From NCBI GenBank assembly GCA_001799475.1, contig MGTN01000084.1, positions 8,238 to 48,866 on the forward strand: a stretch of DNA of 40,629 nt, given 5' to 3'. Both the position numbers and the translations under genes were made by a program. Source of the DNA: Desulfovibrionales bacterium GWA2_65_9. Its GTDB lineage: Bacteria; Desulfobacterota; Desulfovibrionia; Desulfovibrionales; Desulfovibrionaceae. Positions 27,353 through 36,205 of this stretch are shown here, piece by piece (position 1 is the stretch's first letter; every line of letters begins with the position of its first letter). Below the pieces are notes generated by a model. That model made no database searches, was not told where the DNA came from, and saw only the letters and a list, made by a program, of their open reading frames with translations.

Positions 27353-30300
27353 TCACGCTTGCCCGGTTGCGTCAAGCCTGGCGAAGGGGGTCTTGGACGC
27401 GAGCAGAAGGGTCATCTCCGCTGCGGGCAGGGGGCGGCTGAAGTAGTAGCCCTGGAATTCCCGGCAGCCCAGGTTGGTCAGGAACCAAAGCTGCTGGCTG
27501 GTTTCCACGCCCTCGGCCACCACGCGCAGCTCCAGGTTCTTGGCCATGGTCAGGATGGTCTGGACGATGGCCGCGTCGTCCTCGTCGTCCGGCAGGTCGC
27601 TGACAAAGGAGCGGTCGATCTTGATGGCCTCGATGGGCATCTTCTTGATGTAGCCGAGCGACGAGTATTCCTTGCCAAAGTCGTCGAGCACGATGGCCGC
27701 GCCCATGCGCGTCAGCTCTTCCAGCGCTTCCAGGGTCTCCGGCAGGTTGCTCATGAGGGTGGTTTCGGTGATCTCGAACTCCAGCGCGCTTGCGGGCAGG
27801 CCGGTCTCCTCGACGATGGCCCGGATGCGCGCGCTTAAGCCCGGATGCAGGAACTGGCGCGGGGAGAGGTTCACGGCCATGGTGAAGTGCTCATGCCCAG
27901 CCTGGCGCCAGGCCAGGGCCTGGAGGCAGGCGGTGCGCAGCACGATGTCCGACAGGGGCATGATGAGCCCGGTGTCCTCGGCCACGGCGATGAAGTCGTT
28001 TGGCGGGACCAGGGTGCCGTCCTCGCGCCGCCAGCGCACCAGGGCCTCGGCCCCGGCGATGCGGTTTCCCGGCTCCACCACCTTGGGCTGGTAATAGACC
28101 TCGATGCCTTCCGAGGCCAGGGCGCGGCGCAGCCCCGTGGCCACCATGAGCCGGTGCACCACCTGGTCGTTGAGCTCGTTGGTGAAGAAGTCGAAGGTGT
28201 TGCGGCCGCGCTCCTTGGCCCGGTACATGGCCAGGTCGGCGTTCTTGAGCAGGTCCTCAGGCGTGTCGCCGTGGGCCGGGAACATGGCCAGGCCAATGGA
28301 CAGGCCCATGTGCAGGCTGTGTTCCTCCAGCACAAAGGGCGCGGCAAAGGTGTCCAGGATGTGCCCGGCCACGCTGGCCACGGCCTCGGGGTTGGTGGGG
28401 CCGTCCATGACCACCACGAATTCGTCGCCGCCCAGGCGGGCCACGGTGTCGCGGCGGCGCACAACGCCGTTCAGGCGCTCGGCCACCATCTTGAGCAGCT
28501 TGTCGCCCAGGGAGTGGCCGAGCGAGTCGTTGACGTCCTTGAAGCGGTCCAGGTCCATGAGCAGCACGGCGATTTCAAGACCGTCGCGCCGGGCGGACTC
28601 CACCGAGCGCTCCAGGCGGTCGTGCAGCAGCAGGCGGTTGGGCAGGCCCGTGAGGGCGTCGTGGAAGGCCTGGTGGCGCAACTGCTCCTCGGCCCGCTTC
28701 TGCTCGGTGATGTCTTCCATGGCGGCCACGCTGGTGGTGGTGCCGGGGAGCATGGCCACGGTGAGCCTGACCAGGCGGTGTTCGCCGCTGGGGCTGACGA
28801 AGTCGGCCTCGTAGTTGCGCGGGGCCAACTCCGGGGAGACGCGGCGCTTCACGTGGTGGCGCAGCATTGACTCCACACTCTCCGGCGAGAAGAACTGGGT
28901 CCAGCTCATGCGGCCCTCGACCTGCTCGCGCGGCAGCCCGGAGAGCTTCTCGAACTCCTGGTTGGCGTGCGAGATGGTGGTGTCCTCCTCGAGGAGCACG
29001 GTGGCCGTTCCGGTGTTCATGAACAGGGTGCGGTAGGTCGCTTCCGAGCGCTCCAGCGCCTCCTGGGCCTTGAGCAGGTCGTCCACGTCGATGAAGGTCT
29101 CGAGCAGGATGGTCTTGCCGCCGCGCTCGATGCGCGAGACGCTCTTCAGGATGGCGCAGGTGCTGCCGTCGGCGCGCAGCAGCTTGCGCAAGGTCTGCTC
29201 GCCGCTCAGCCCCAGGTCGACGATCGGGCACTGGCCCTGGGCGTTGGGGCAGACAAAGCCATGGCAGATGCGGCCGATGATCTCCTCGCGCGTGCGGCCG
29301 GCCAGGGCCGCGGCAAAGGCGTTGACCTCCAGGATGCGGCGGGTCTGCGGGTCCACCAGCATGACCCCGGCCTGGATGGAGTCGAGGATGTGCTGGAGGT
29401 ACTCTTCCTGGGCCTCGGTGGCCGCGCACTGGGTGGCCAGGCCATGGCGCGAGTGCTGCAGCTCGGTCAGCATGGCGTTGATGCGCTTGGCCAGGGCGGA
29501 CAGTTCGTCTGTGCCGGGCATGTCCACCTGGCCCAGCTGCATTCCGCTGGCGTTGATGGCCTCCACCTGTTCGCGCAGGCGCTTCAGGCGTGAAAGCACC
29601 CGGCGCTCCAGAAAGACGAACAGGACGCCCAGGAACAGCAGGCCGCAAGCGCTCAGCCACAGTTGGCTTTGCAGCAAGGCCCGATTGCCCTGGTCCATGA
29701 TCTCGCGCTGTTCGCGCACGATGAGCCGCAGGGCGGGCTGGCCCCAGATGTCCGGCATCACGCTGGTGCCGACCACGATGTCCTGGTTCAGGGGCTGCGC
29801 GCTGGTCGTGCCCAGGGGAATGGCGCCCAGGCCCGCCAGGCCCGACAGATCGGCCGGGAGCGGGCTGTTGGCGGGCTCCAGGGACAGCGGCAGGCGGATG
29901 CGCTCGGAGAGGACGGCTGCCTCCCGGCTGCCCATGGCGCGCACCATCACAAGCGTGCCTGCGGACGGGCCGGTGGCCTCGCTGGAGAGGATGGGGCAGG
30001 CCGCCACGAGCACCACGCCCTGGGGCAGCAGCACCAGGCCCTTGGTGCGGTCCTCGGCCTGCTTTCCGGCCAAAAGCGTGGAGCCCGGCTGGAGGCGGTC
30101 CAAAAGTCCCGCGGGCAGGGAGGCCTTGGTGCCCTCGGCCGGGTCCATGCCCAGGCCCAGCACCACGCGCCCCTTGGTGTCCAGGAAAAGGATGGCCGTG
30201 AGACGCAGCGAGACCAGGGTGCGGTCGTTCAGGTTGGAGCTGACGAAATCCTTGCTCTTGCCCTGCATGAACAGCAGCGAGTCGTCCCACACGGCCCAGT

Positions 30301-30496
30301 CCACCAGCAGGTCGTCGAGCTTTTGGAGTTCGTCGTTGACGGCGTTCCTGGCGCGCTCCACGTTCTTGCGTGTTTGCGCCTGTTCCAAGGTCAGAAAGCT
30401 GGTGTCGATGATGGAGTGGGTGGACACGAGCAGCACCGCAAGCAAGGCCAGGGTGCCCAAGCCTGTCAGAAGAAGTGTTGCCTTGCGCAGTGTCAT
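27353..30496 (-). CDS. CHASE4-HAMP-PAS-PAS-GGDEF-EAL c-di-GMP enzyme
   Basis: 'DWAVWDD' (CHASE4), two TM helices, 'HDALTGLPNR', 'RLGGDEF', 'EALVRW', 'IKIDRSFV', 'AEGVET'. Confidence 0.93.
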   Translation of the reverse strand: MTLRKATLLLTGLGTLALLAVLLVSTHSIIDTSFLTLEQAQTRKNVERARNAVNDELQKLDDLLVDWAVWDDSLLFMQGKSKDFVSSNLNDRTLVSLRLTAILFLDTKGRVVLGLGMDPAEGTKASLPAGLLDRLQPGSTLLAGKQAEDRTKGLVLLPQGVVLVAACPILSSEATGPSAGTLVMVRAMGSREAAVLSERIRLPLSLEPANSPLPADLSGLAGLGAIPLGTTSAQPLNQDIVVGTSVMPDIWGQPALRLIVREQREIMDQGNRALLQSQLWLSACGLLFLGVLFVFLERRVLSRLKRLREQVEAINASGMQLGQVDMPGTDELSALAKRINAMLTELQHSRHGLATQCAATEAQEEYLQHILDSIQAGVMLVDPQTRRILEVNAFAAALAGRTREEIIGRICHGFVCPNAQGQCPIVDLGLSGEQTLRKLLRADGSTCAILKSVSRIERGGKTILLETFIDVDDLLKAQEALERSEATYRTLFMNTGTATVLLEEDTTISHANQEFEKLSGLPREQVEGRMSWTQFFSPESVESMLRHHVKRRVSPELAPRNYEADFVSPSGEHRLVRLTVAMLPGTTTSVAAMEDITEQKRAEEQLRHQAFHDALTGLPNRLLLHDRLERSVESARRDGLEIAVLLMDLDRFKDVNDSLGHSLGDKLLKMVAERLNGVVRRRDTVARLGGDEFVVVMDGPTNPEAVASVAGHILDTFAAPFVLEEHSLHMGLSIGLAMFPAHGDTPEDLLKNADLAMYRAKERGRNTFDFFTNELNDQVVHRLMVATGLRRALASEGIEVYYQPKVVEPGNRIAGAEALVRWRREDGTLVPPNDFIAVAEDTGLIMPLSDIVLRTACLQALAWRQAGHEHFTMAVNLSPRQFLHPGLSARIRAIVEETGLPASALEFEITETTLMSNLPETLEALEELTRMGAAIVLDDFGKEYSSLGYIKKMPIEAIKIDRSFVSDLPDDEDDAAIVQTILTMAKNLELRVVAEGVETSQQLWFLTNLGCREFQGYYFSRPLPAAEMTLLLASKTPFARLDATGQA

Positions 30497-30660
30497 GGGG
30501 CCTCGCCAGCAGCTGTTTGATTCCGCCGGATGCTGCCTGGTCTAGCATTAGCAAATAGCACGTGGCATGAACAGAGGAAAATGCGCCATCGGAATAACCT
30601 GTATAGTGAATAGGGGGTGGACCTGTTCTGGCCGCCTGTCTCCGAATGCGATGCGCTCGA

Positions 30661-30852
30661 CTAACTGCGGCGGGGATCGGGGGCGCGCAGGCGGTCCTTG
30701 TCCACCGGGGCATGCACGGGGTAGACGGGGTTGGCCCTGGTCCACCAGCCGGGCACGGCGGCCTCGGTGAACTCCACGCGGTGGACGAACTTGATGCTCT
30801 TGTAGGCCAGGTCAAAGGGACAGACCACGCGGGCCGGTGCGCCGCGCCGTGG
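30661..30852 (-). pseudogene. 3' remnant of a molybdopterin oxidoreductase (sulfite oxidase/MsrP-like)
   Basis: 'GAPARVVCPFDLAYKSIKFVHRVEF...GWW' resembles the 'HGxPxRxxxPxxxGYKSxKxxxxIE' Mo-binding domain end; no upstream portion. Confidence 0.65.
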
Positions 30853-30927
30853 CCTTGCCATGCGGGCGCGGCCCGGCTACTCTCAGCCCCAGGAATACCC
30901 ACAGAATGTCCGCCGGAGGCCATCTCA

Positions 30928-31554
30928 ATGCACATCGAATCGTTCAACCTGGGCCCGCTGGAAACCAACTGCCACGTGCTCTCGCACCAGGGCCAGGCCG
31001 TGGTCGTGGACCCCGGCGGCGATCCCGCCGAGGTGCTGGAGCACCTGCGCGCCCAGCGCGCGGTCCTCACGCATATCCTGGTGACGCACCTGCACTTTGA
31101 CCATATTTACGGCTGCGCGCGGCTGGCGGCGGCCACGGGCGCGCCCGTGCTCACCCCGGCGGGCGACGTCGGCCTCATGCAGACCGAACTGGGCCAGGGC
31201 GGAATGTTCGGCTTCCCCACGGTGGAGCCCTTCCAGAGCAGCCCCGCGCCCGTCGGCCCGGCCACCTTCGCCGGGCTTGAGTGCCTGTGCCTGCCCACGC
31301 CGGGCCACTCGCCGGGCAGCATGACCTACTACTTCCCCCAGGCGGGCGCGGCCTTTGTGGGCGACCTGATCTTCTACCGCTCCGTCGGCCGCACGGATTT
31401 TCCCGGCGGCAGCTCGGCCACGCTGAAAAGGTCCGTGCAGGAGAAGATCTTCACCCTGCCGGGCGACACCGTGCTCTATTCCGGCCACGGCCTTGCGACC
31501 ACCGTGGACTCGGAACGCACGCACAACCCGTTCTTCATGCACGACATGCTGTAG
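30928..31554 (+). CDS. MBL-fold metallo-hydrolase (glyoxalase II/YcbL-like)
   Basis: THLHFDH, TPGHSPG, GDLIF, GRTDFPGG, SGHG; GGAGG RBS. Confidence 0.92.
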   Translation: MHIESFNLGPLETNCHVLSHQGQAVVVDPGGDPAEVLEHLRAQRAVLTHILVTHLHFDHIYGCARLAAATGAPVLTPAGDVGLMQTELGQGGMFGFPTVEPFQSSPAPVGPATFAGLECLCLPTPGHSPGSMTYYFPQAGAAFVGDLIFYRSVGRTDFPGGSSATLKRSVQEKIFTLPGDTVLYSGHGLATTVDSERTHNPFFMHDML

Positions 31555-31800
31555 GAAGAGAGCAGGAATATGCTCCGCAGGCCAAAGGGCCTCAAGGCCC
31601 TTATCGCTGCTGTCGCCATCCGTAAGATTCGCGGGAGACCGCTCACCTAACGGCTGCCGCTGGAATCCCCATTGGACTGCGGTCTTTGGCTGTGCCTGAA
31701 AATGCACTGCAATCCCAAGTGATTGTATTGCTGTGTGCATCGCAAGCGCTCGCGTCTGGAACAACCTCGAACGTATCCCCTCACTTCTCGTCAATTCAGC

Positions 31801-32080
31801 CTAGGCGTGAAGTTGCAAGACGTTGTCCACTGTGATTCCGATTCGGCTCATGGGAGTTTCTCCATGTAACACCAAGTGATTCCTGTGATAGTTATATTCA
31901 TGGAGCCAGCGGGGCAACTCGCTGGCTCTTTCGCTTGAGTGGGGAGAAGCGGCGGCGTAGGCCCATTCGCGAAGCGCCGTCTGGATGAAGCGCTCGGCCT
32001 TGCCGTTTGTGCCTGGCGTGTACGGCCTCTTGGAGACATCCGTCGCGCCCGTTTGTCGTGCGCAATCCCCGCATGAACAC
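31801..32080 (-). mobile_element. IS481-family transposase 3' remnant with terminal IR
   Basis: 'RPYTPGTNGKAERFIQTALREWAY...YNYHRNH...DNVLQLHA*'; end CGTGAAGTTGCAAGACGTTGT resembles IS481 TGT-type IR. Confidence 0.85.
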
Positions 32081-32201
32081 AGTCCGGGAGGACTCTTAGG
32101 GCCAAGAGCAGGCTCTGGTTGGGCGCGCCCGCCAGCGGGCCGGTGGAGTTGCCCACCCGCGTACAACAGGACGAAGAAGCAAAGAATTCGCGCTGCTGCT
32201 G

Positions 32202-32230
32202 TTGCCTCTGTCCATCCCGTGTGCTATAAA
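32202..32230 (+). promoter_or_regulatory. Putative sigma70 promoter upstream of signalling cluster
   Basis: TTGCCT-N17-TATAAA with extended TG. Confidence 0.55.
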
Positions 32231-32269
32231 GGATCTGGATATCCTCTCTTTTGCTCAGGATGCATGTCA

Positions 32270-32344
32270 GGGCGGGGCACCCGCTTCGATCCAGACCTGA
32301 TGGACGCCTTTGTGGAACTCAAGGACAGGTTCCGGGAGATCGGC
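32270..32344 (+). pseudogene. 3' remnant of an HD-GYP (RpfG-like) phosphodiesterase gene
   Basis: 'GRGTRFDPDLMDAFVELKDRFREIG' matches the HD-GYP C-terminal 'G(S/T)HFDP.LV.AF' motif. Confidence 0.7.
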
Positions 32345-32408
32345 CGGACCGAGCAGAGTCAATCCAGAGGGCTGACATCTCGAAAACAGCGTACAGCGTG
32401 GAGTCGCC

Positions 32409-34505
32409 ATGCGGTTGCAGACCAAAGCGCTTGCCCTTTTCGCCGTCTCCGGCGCACTGCTCGTGACGCTGGTCGGCGTGGTGCAATCCGCCGAGCTCAA
32501 GGCCCGGACCCTGGACGCCATCAGCCACCAGATTGGCAAGCAGTTGGAAAACCTGGACTTTGCCCTGACGCGTTTTCTGAAGGATGTGGAGGAAGACCTC
32601 ATCATCCTGGCTGCGGATGCCCGGATCAGGACCGACAGGGACAAGGATTTCACCAGCTTTTTTTCGGCCGACGAGAACACCTTCGTGTACCACATCAGCC
32701 CGCATGAACAAGAAATAATTGATGTTTTTAGTACATTTCGCATGGTTCACCCCCACGTCAGCTCGGTCTACATGGCCCGTGAGAACGGCAGCTCCGTGCG
32801 CTCCCACAAGCGCGACCGCCCGACCCGTTACGACCCCCGGCTTCGCCCCTGGTATCAGCTGGCCAAGGAGCACCCCGGCGTTGTGAGCCGCACGCCGCCA
32901 TACCGGTCCGTGGCCTCCCCGGACGTGAACATCGGCGTGGTCACCCCCTTGCTGGACCACAGGGACCGTTTCTTCGGGGTGGTCGGCGCGGACATCACCC
33001 TGGCCGGGCTGACGGAATACGTGGCGGCTTTTTCCCTGAGCCACGAGGGGCAGGCGCTCCTGCTGGACGAGAAGGGGGTTGTCCTCGCCTCCCAGGACCG
33101 GAGCATGTTGTTCAAGAATGTCCGGTCGATCTACCCGGAAGGCCACCAGCTCATGGAGGCCGAGAAGGGGGGCCCTGTCCTCCTGGACGGCCAGGGCGGC
33201 CGGCAGTACGCCTATGTCTCCCCCTCCCCCGGCACGGGCTGGCGGCTTGTGGCCCTGGTCCGGGAGCAGAAGATCCAGGCGGCCATCCGCGAGGCGGTCA
33301 GCGCCAACGTCCTGTTTCTGGCCGCGGCCATCGTGCTGCTCAGCCTGGCGACCTTGGTCGGCCTGTACCGCTGCATCCTCACCCCGGTGGGTGCCTTGAC
33401 CCAGGGCGCCTGGCACATCCGCAAGACTGGAGACCTGCGGCACCGCTTCGCCGAAGGCGGCCGGGATGAGCTCCAGGAACTGGGCGGGGCCTTCAACCAG
33501 ATGCTGGCGTCAATGGAAGCCGCGGAGGCCCAACGCAAGGCCTCCCGCCAGGATATGCTGGAGGAGCGGAGCCTGCTGGAGGAGCGGAGCCTGCTGGAGG
33601 AGCGGGTCAAGGCCCGCACTCTGGAGCTTGAGGCGCTGAACCGGGACCTCGCGCATGAAGTCGCCGTGCGCCAGCAGGCCGAAAAGGCCTGCCAGGAAGC
33701 GAACCAGGCCAAGAGCCTGTTCCTGGCCAACATGGCCCACGACGCGGAGAAGAGCAGGGATGCCGGGATGAACGGCCCGGCCACCAGGCCGGTGGAGCCG
33801 GAGCGCCTCATGGCCGTGCCGGGCCAAGGGGCGCCTCTGCCCGGGGCTGGCCAGGCCTTGCCCCTGGGCGCTCCGCCTGCGGAGGCGCTGACGGGATACC
33901 CGCCCGAGCTGCTGGCCCTGGGCAGCCTCGACGCCCTGCAGGGCATCCGCCGCATCGGCGGCAAGGCCGAGGCCTACCGCAAGCAGTTGCGCCGCTTCCG
34001 CGAACACTACCCCGATGCCGCCGCGGAATTGCAGCGCCTGGCGGCGGAGGAGGGAGCAAAGTCCGCCGAGGCTTATTGCCATGCCCTCAAGGGGGTCTCC
34101 GGGAACCTGGGCGCCACCGCGCTCTATGCCACGGTGAGCGCCATCGACGCCTTGCTCAAGCAGGGTCGGCTGCCAGCTGCGGCGCAACTGGAGGAAATGC
34201 GCTTGCGGCTGCAGGAAGTCATGGCCGACATCGACAGCCTGGCCGTGGCTGGCAGTCCCCTGCCCGCGCCGCCAGCGGCCCCCCTTGCCCTGGGCGAGAT
34301 CCTGGCGCGCCTGGAACACTTGGCCCTGGCCCTGCAATACGACCTGGGGGCCGTCGAGGCCGTGCTCGGCGGATTGCGCGCGGGAACCCGCGGGCACGAG
34401 ATCGAGCCGGTCCTGCGGGAGGTTGCCGCAAAGACGGATGTTTTCGCCATCGACGAAGCCCTGGACCTGGTCAGCGAACTGCGCCAGCGCCTGCTTAACC
34501 CGTGA
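32409..34505 (+). CDS. dCache-HAMP-Hpt membrane protein (hybrid kinase lacking HATPase and most of REC)
   Basis: 'YDPRLRPWY' dCache_1, HAMP '[13 protein letters not shown]', '[12 protein letters not shown]' joined directly to '[10 protein letters not shown]', Hpt '[13 protein letters not shown]'. Confidence 0.85.
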   Translation: MRLQTKALALFAVSGALLVTLVGVVQSAELKARTLDAISHQIGKQLENLDFALTRFLKDVEEDLIILAADARIRTDRDKDFTSFFSADENTFVYHISPHEQEIIDVFSTFRMVHPHVSSVYMARENGSSVRSHKRDRPTRYDPRLRPWYQLAKEHPGVVSRTPPYRSVASPDVNIGVVTPLLDHRDRFFGVVGADITLAGLTEYVAAFSLSHEGQALLLDEKGVVLASQDRSMLFKNVRSIYPEGHQLMEAEKGGPVLLDGQGGRQYAYVSPSPGTGWRLVALVREQKIQAAIREAVSANVLFLAAAIVLLSLATLVGLYRCILTPVGALTQGAWHIRKTGDLRHRFAEGGRDELQELGGAFNQMLASMEAAEAQRKASRQDMLEERSLLEERSLLEERVKARTLELEALNRDLAHEVAVRQQAEKACQEANQAKSLFLANMAHDAEKSRDAGMNGPATRPVEPERLMAVPGQGAPLPGAGQALPLGAPPAEALTGYPPELLALGSLDALQGIRRIGGKAEAYRKQLRRFREHYPDAAAELQRLAAEEGAKSAEAYCHALKGVSGNLGATALYATVSAIDALLKQGRLPAAAQLEEMRLRLQEVMADIDSLAVAGSPLPAPPAAPLALGEILARLEHLALALQYDLGAVEAVLGGLRAGTRGHEIEPVLREVAAKTDVFAIDEALDLVSELRQRLLNP
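33556..33605 (+). repeat. 18-bp tandem repeat (LLEERS, about 2.8 copies)
   Basis: TGCTGGAGGAGCGGAGCC x2 plus TGCTGGAGGAGCGG. Confidence 0.85.
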
Positions 34506-34516
34506 GGCCAATGACC

Positions 34517-36205
34517 ATGATGGATGCCGTGAAGGACAAGCCAAGAATTCTCATCGTCGCTGACGTGCACGAGAACCTGCACGCGCTGATGAACATTCTG
34601 CGCGACGGCTATGCCACCACTGCGGCGACCAGCGGCGAAAAGGCCCTGGAGGTCGCCCGGCGCCAGCCGCAGCCCCAAGTCATCCTCCTCGACGCCAGAA
34701 CGCCCGGCCTGGACGGCTCTGCCGTTCTCGCAGAGCTCAAGGCCGACCCGGTGACCTCCGGCATCCCCGTCATTTGGGTCACGGCCCTGGCCGAGTCTGC
34801 CGATGAGGCCAAGGGGCTGACTCTGGGGGCCGCCGACTGCATCACCAAGCCGATGAATCCCGATCTGCTGCGGCTGCGCGTGCGCAGCCAGCTCGAACTC
34901 GCGGCCTGCCGCCAGGTTCCTGTCTCCTCCGCCGCGGCGGCGGCTTCGGGACAGCGGCCCGCCGTGCTGGTGGTGGATGACGTCCCGGAGAACGTCCACG
35001 AACTCCTGGAGGTCTTGAAGGACGACTACAGCATCATGGTCGCCACCTCCGGGCCGAAGGCCCTGGAGACGCTTCAGGGCCCGGTCACGCCGGACCTGAT
35101 CCTGCTCGACATCATCATGCCCGGCCTGGACGGCTACGAGGTCTGCCGCCGCATCAAGGCGCTGCCGGTGGGCAGGCGCATCCCGGTCATCTTCGTCACC
35201 GGGGCCGATGCCACGGAGAACAAGGTCAAGGGGTTCGCCGTCGGGGGCGCCGACTACATCACCAAGCCCTTTGACATCGACGAGGTCCGCGCCCGCGTGC
35301 GCACCCACCTGGAGCTGCTCGGCGCGCAAAACGAGCTGGAAAGGCGCAACAGCGCCCTCAATGACGCGCTGCTCCAGCTCAAGAACGCGCAGAGCCAGCT
35401 TGTGGTGTCGGAAAAGATGGCGGCCCTTGGCGTGCTGGCCGCAGGCGTGGCGCATGAGATCAACAACCCCGTCAATTTCGTGAAGACCAGCTGCCACAGT
35501 CTGGAGAGGGACATCCAGGACCTGGTCGCCGCGCTCTCTTTCTGCCAGGACCGCCTGGGCCAAGGCGAGCAGGCCGCGCTCGAAGAGTACAAGCAGAGGA
35601 CGGACCACGCGATCACGATGCGGGAGCTGCCGGAACTGTTTGCGCACATCTTTGGAGGCCTGCAGCGCACGGAGGAAATCGTCAGGAGCTTGCGCAGCTT
35701 TGCCCGCACGGATGACACGCTGAGCAACGCCATTGATCTGCGCGAGGTGGCCGATGCCGTGCTGGTCATGCTTCGGCCGCGGTACGAAAAGCATATCCAG
35801 GTGATCAAGAACTATGCGCCGTTGCCCGCGATCCGCGGCAACATCGGCAAACTCAGCCAGGTCCTGATCAACATCCTGTCCAACGCCATCGACGCGGTGG
35901 AGGCCCAAGGCGATCCGGAAAGGCTCCGCGTCACCGTCACGACAGAAATGCGCCGGCGCGACGGGAAAGACTATGCGGTGCTCCACGTTTCAGATATGGG
36001 AATTGGAATCTCTGCGGACATTGCGGACAGGATATTCGATCCGTTCTTCACCACCAAGCCCGTGGGCCAAGGCACCGGGCTCGGACTGTTCATCTGCCGC
36101 AACTTGATCCAGGAGCACAAGGGTTTTCTGGAGGTTGCCCACCCTGAAGGGCAAGGCGCAACCTTTTCCATTGTCTTGCCTGCGTGCCAGGAGGAGTCAT
36201 GCTGA
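34517..36205 (+). CDS. Cytoplasmic REC-REC-HisKA-HATPase hybrid kinase (NtrB-like HK)
   Basis: Two REC domains, '[21 protein letters not shown]', 'NAIDA', '[18 protein letters not shown]'; start could be 34502, 34511 or 34520. Confidence 0.9.
   Translation: MMDAVKDKPRILIVADVHENLHALMNILRDGYATTAATSGEKALEVARRQPQPQVILLDARTPGLDGSAVLAELKADPVTSGIPVIWVTALAESADEAKGLTLGAADCITKPMNPDLLRLRVRSQLELAACRQVPVSSAAAAASGQRPAVLVVDDVPENVHELLEVLKDDYSIMVATSGPKALETLQGPVTPDLILLDIIMPGLDGYEVCRRIKALPVGRRIPVIFVTGADATENKVKGFAVGGADYITKPFDIDEVRARVRTHLELLGAQNELERRNSALNDALLQLKNAQSQLVVSEKMAALGVLAAGVAHEINNPVNFVKTSCHSLERDIQDLVAALSFCQDRLGQGEQAALEEYKQRTDHAITMRELPELFAHIFGGLQRTEEIVRSLRSFARTDDTLSNAIDLREVADAVLVMLRPRYEKHIQVIKNYAPLPAIRGNIGKLSQVLINILSNAIDAVEAQGDPERLRVTVTTEMRRRDGKDYAVLHVSDMGIGISADIADRIFDPFFTTKPVGQGTGLGLFICRNLIQEHKGFLEVAHPEGQGATFSIVLPACQEESC

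Noticed and set aside
28575-31070. 831-aa ORF appearing to extend the GGDEF-EAL gene upstream
   Set aside because: Different frame, Arg/Pro/Gly-rich composition, no domains
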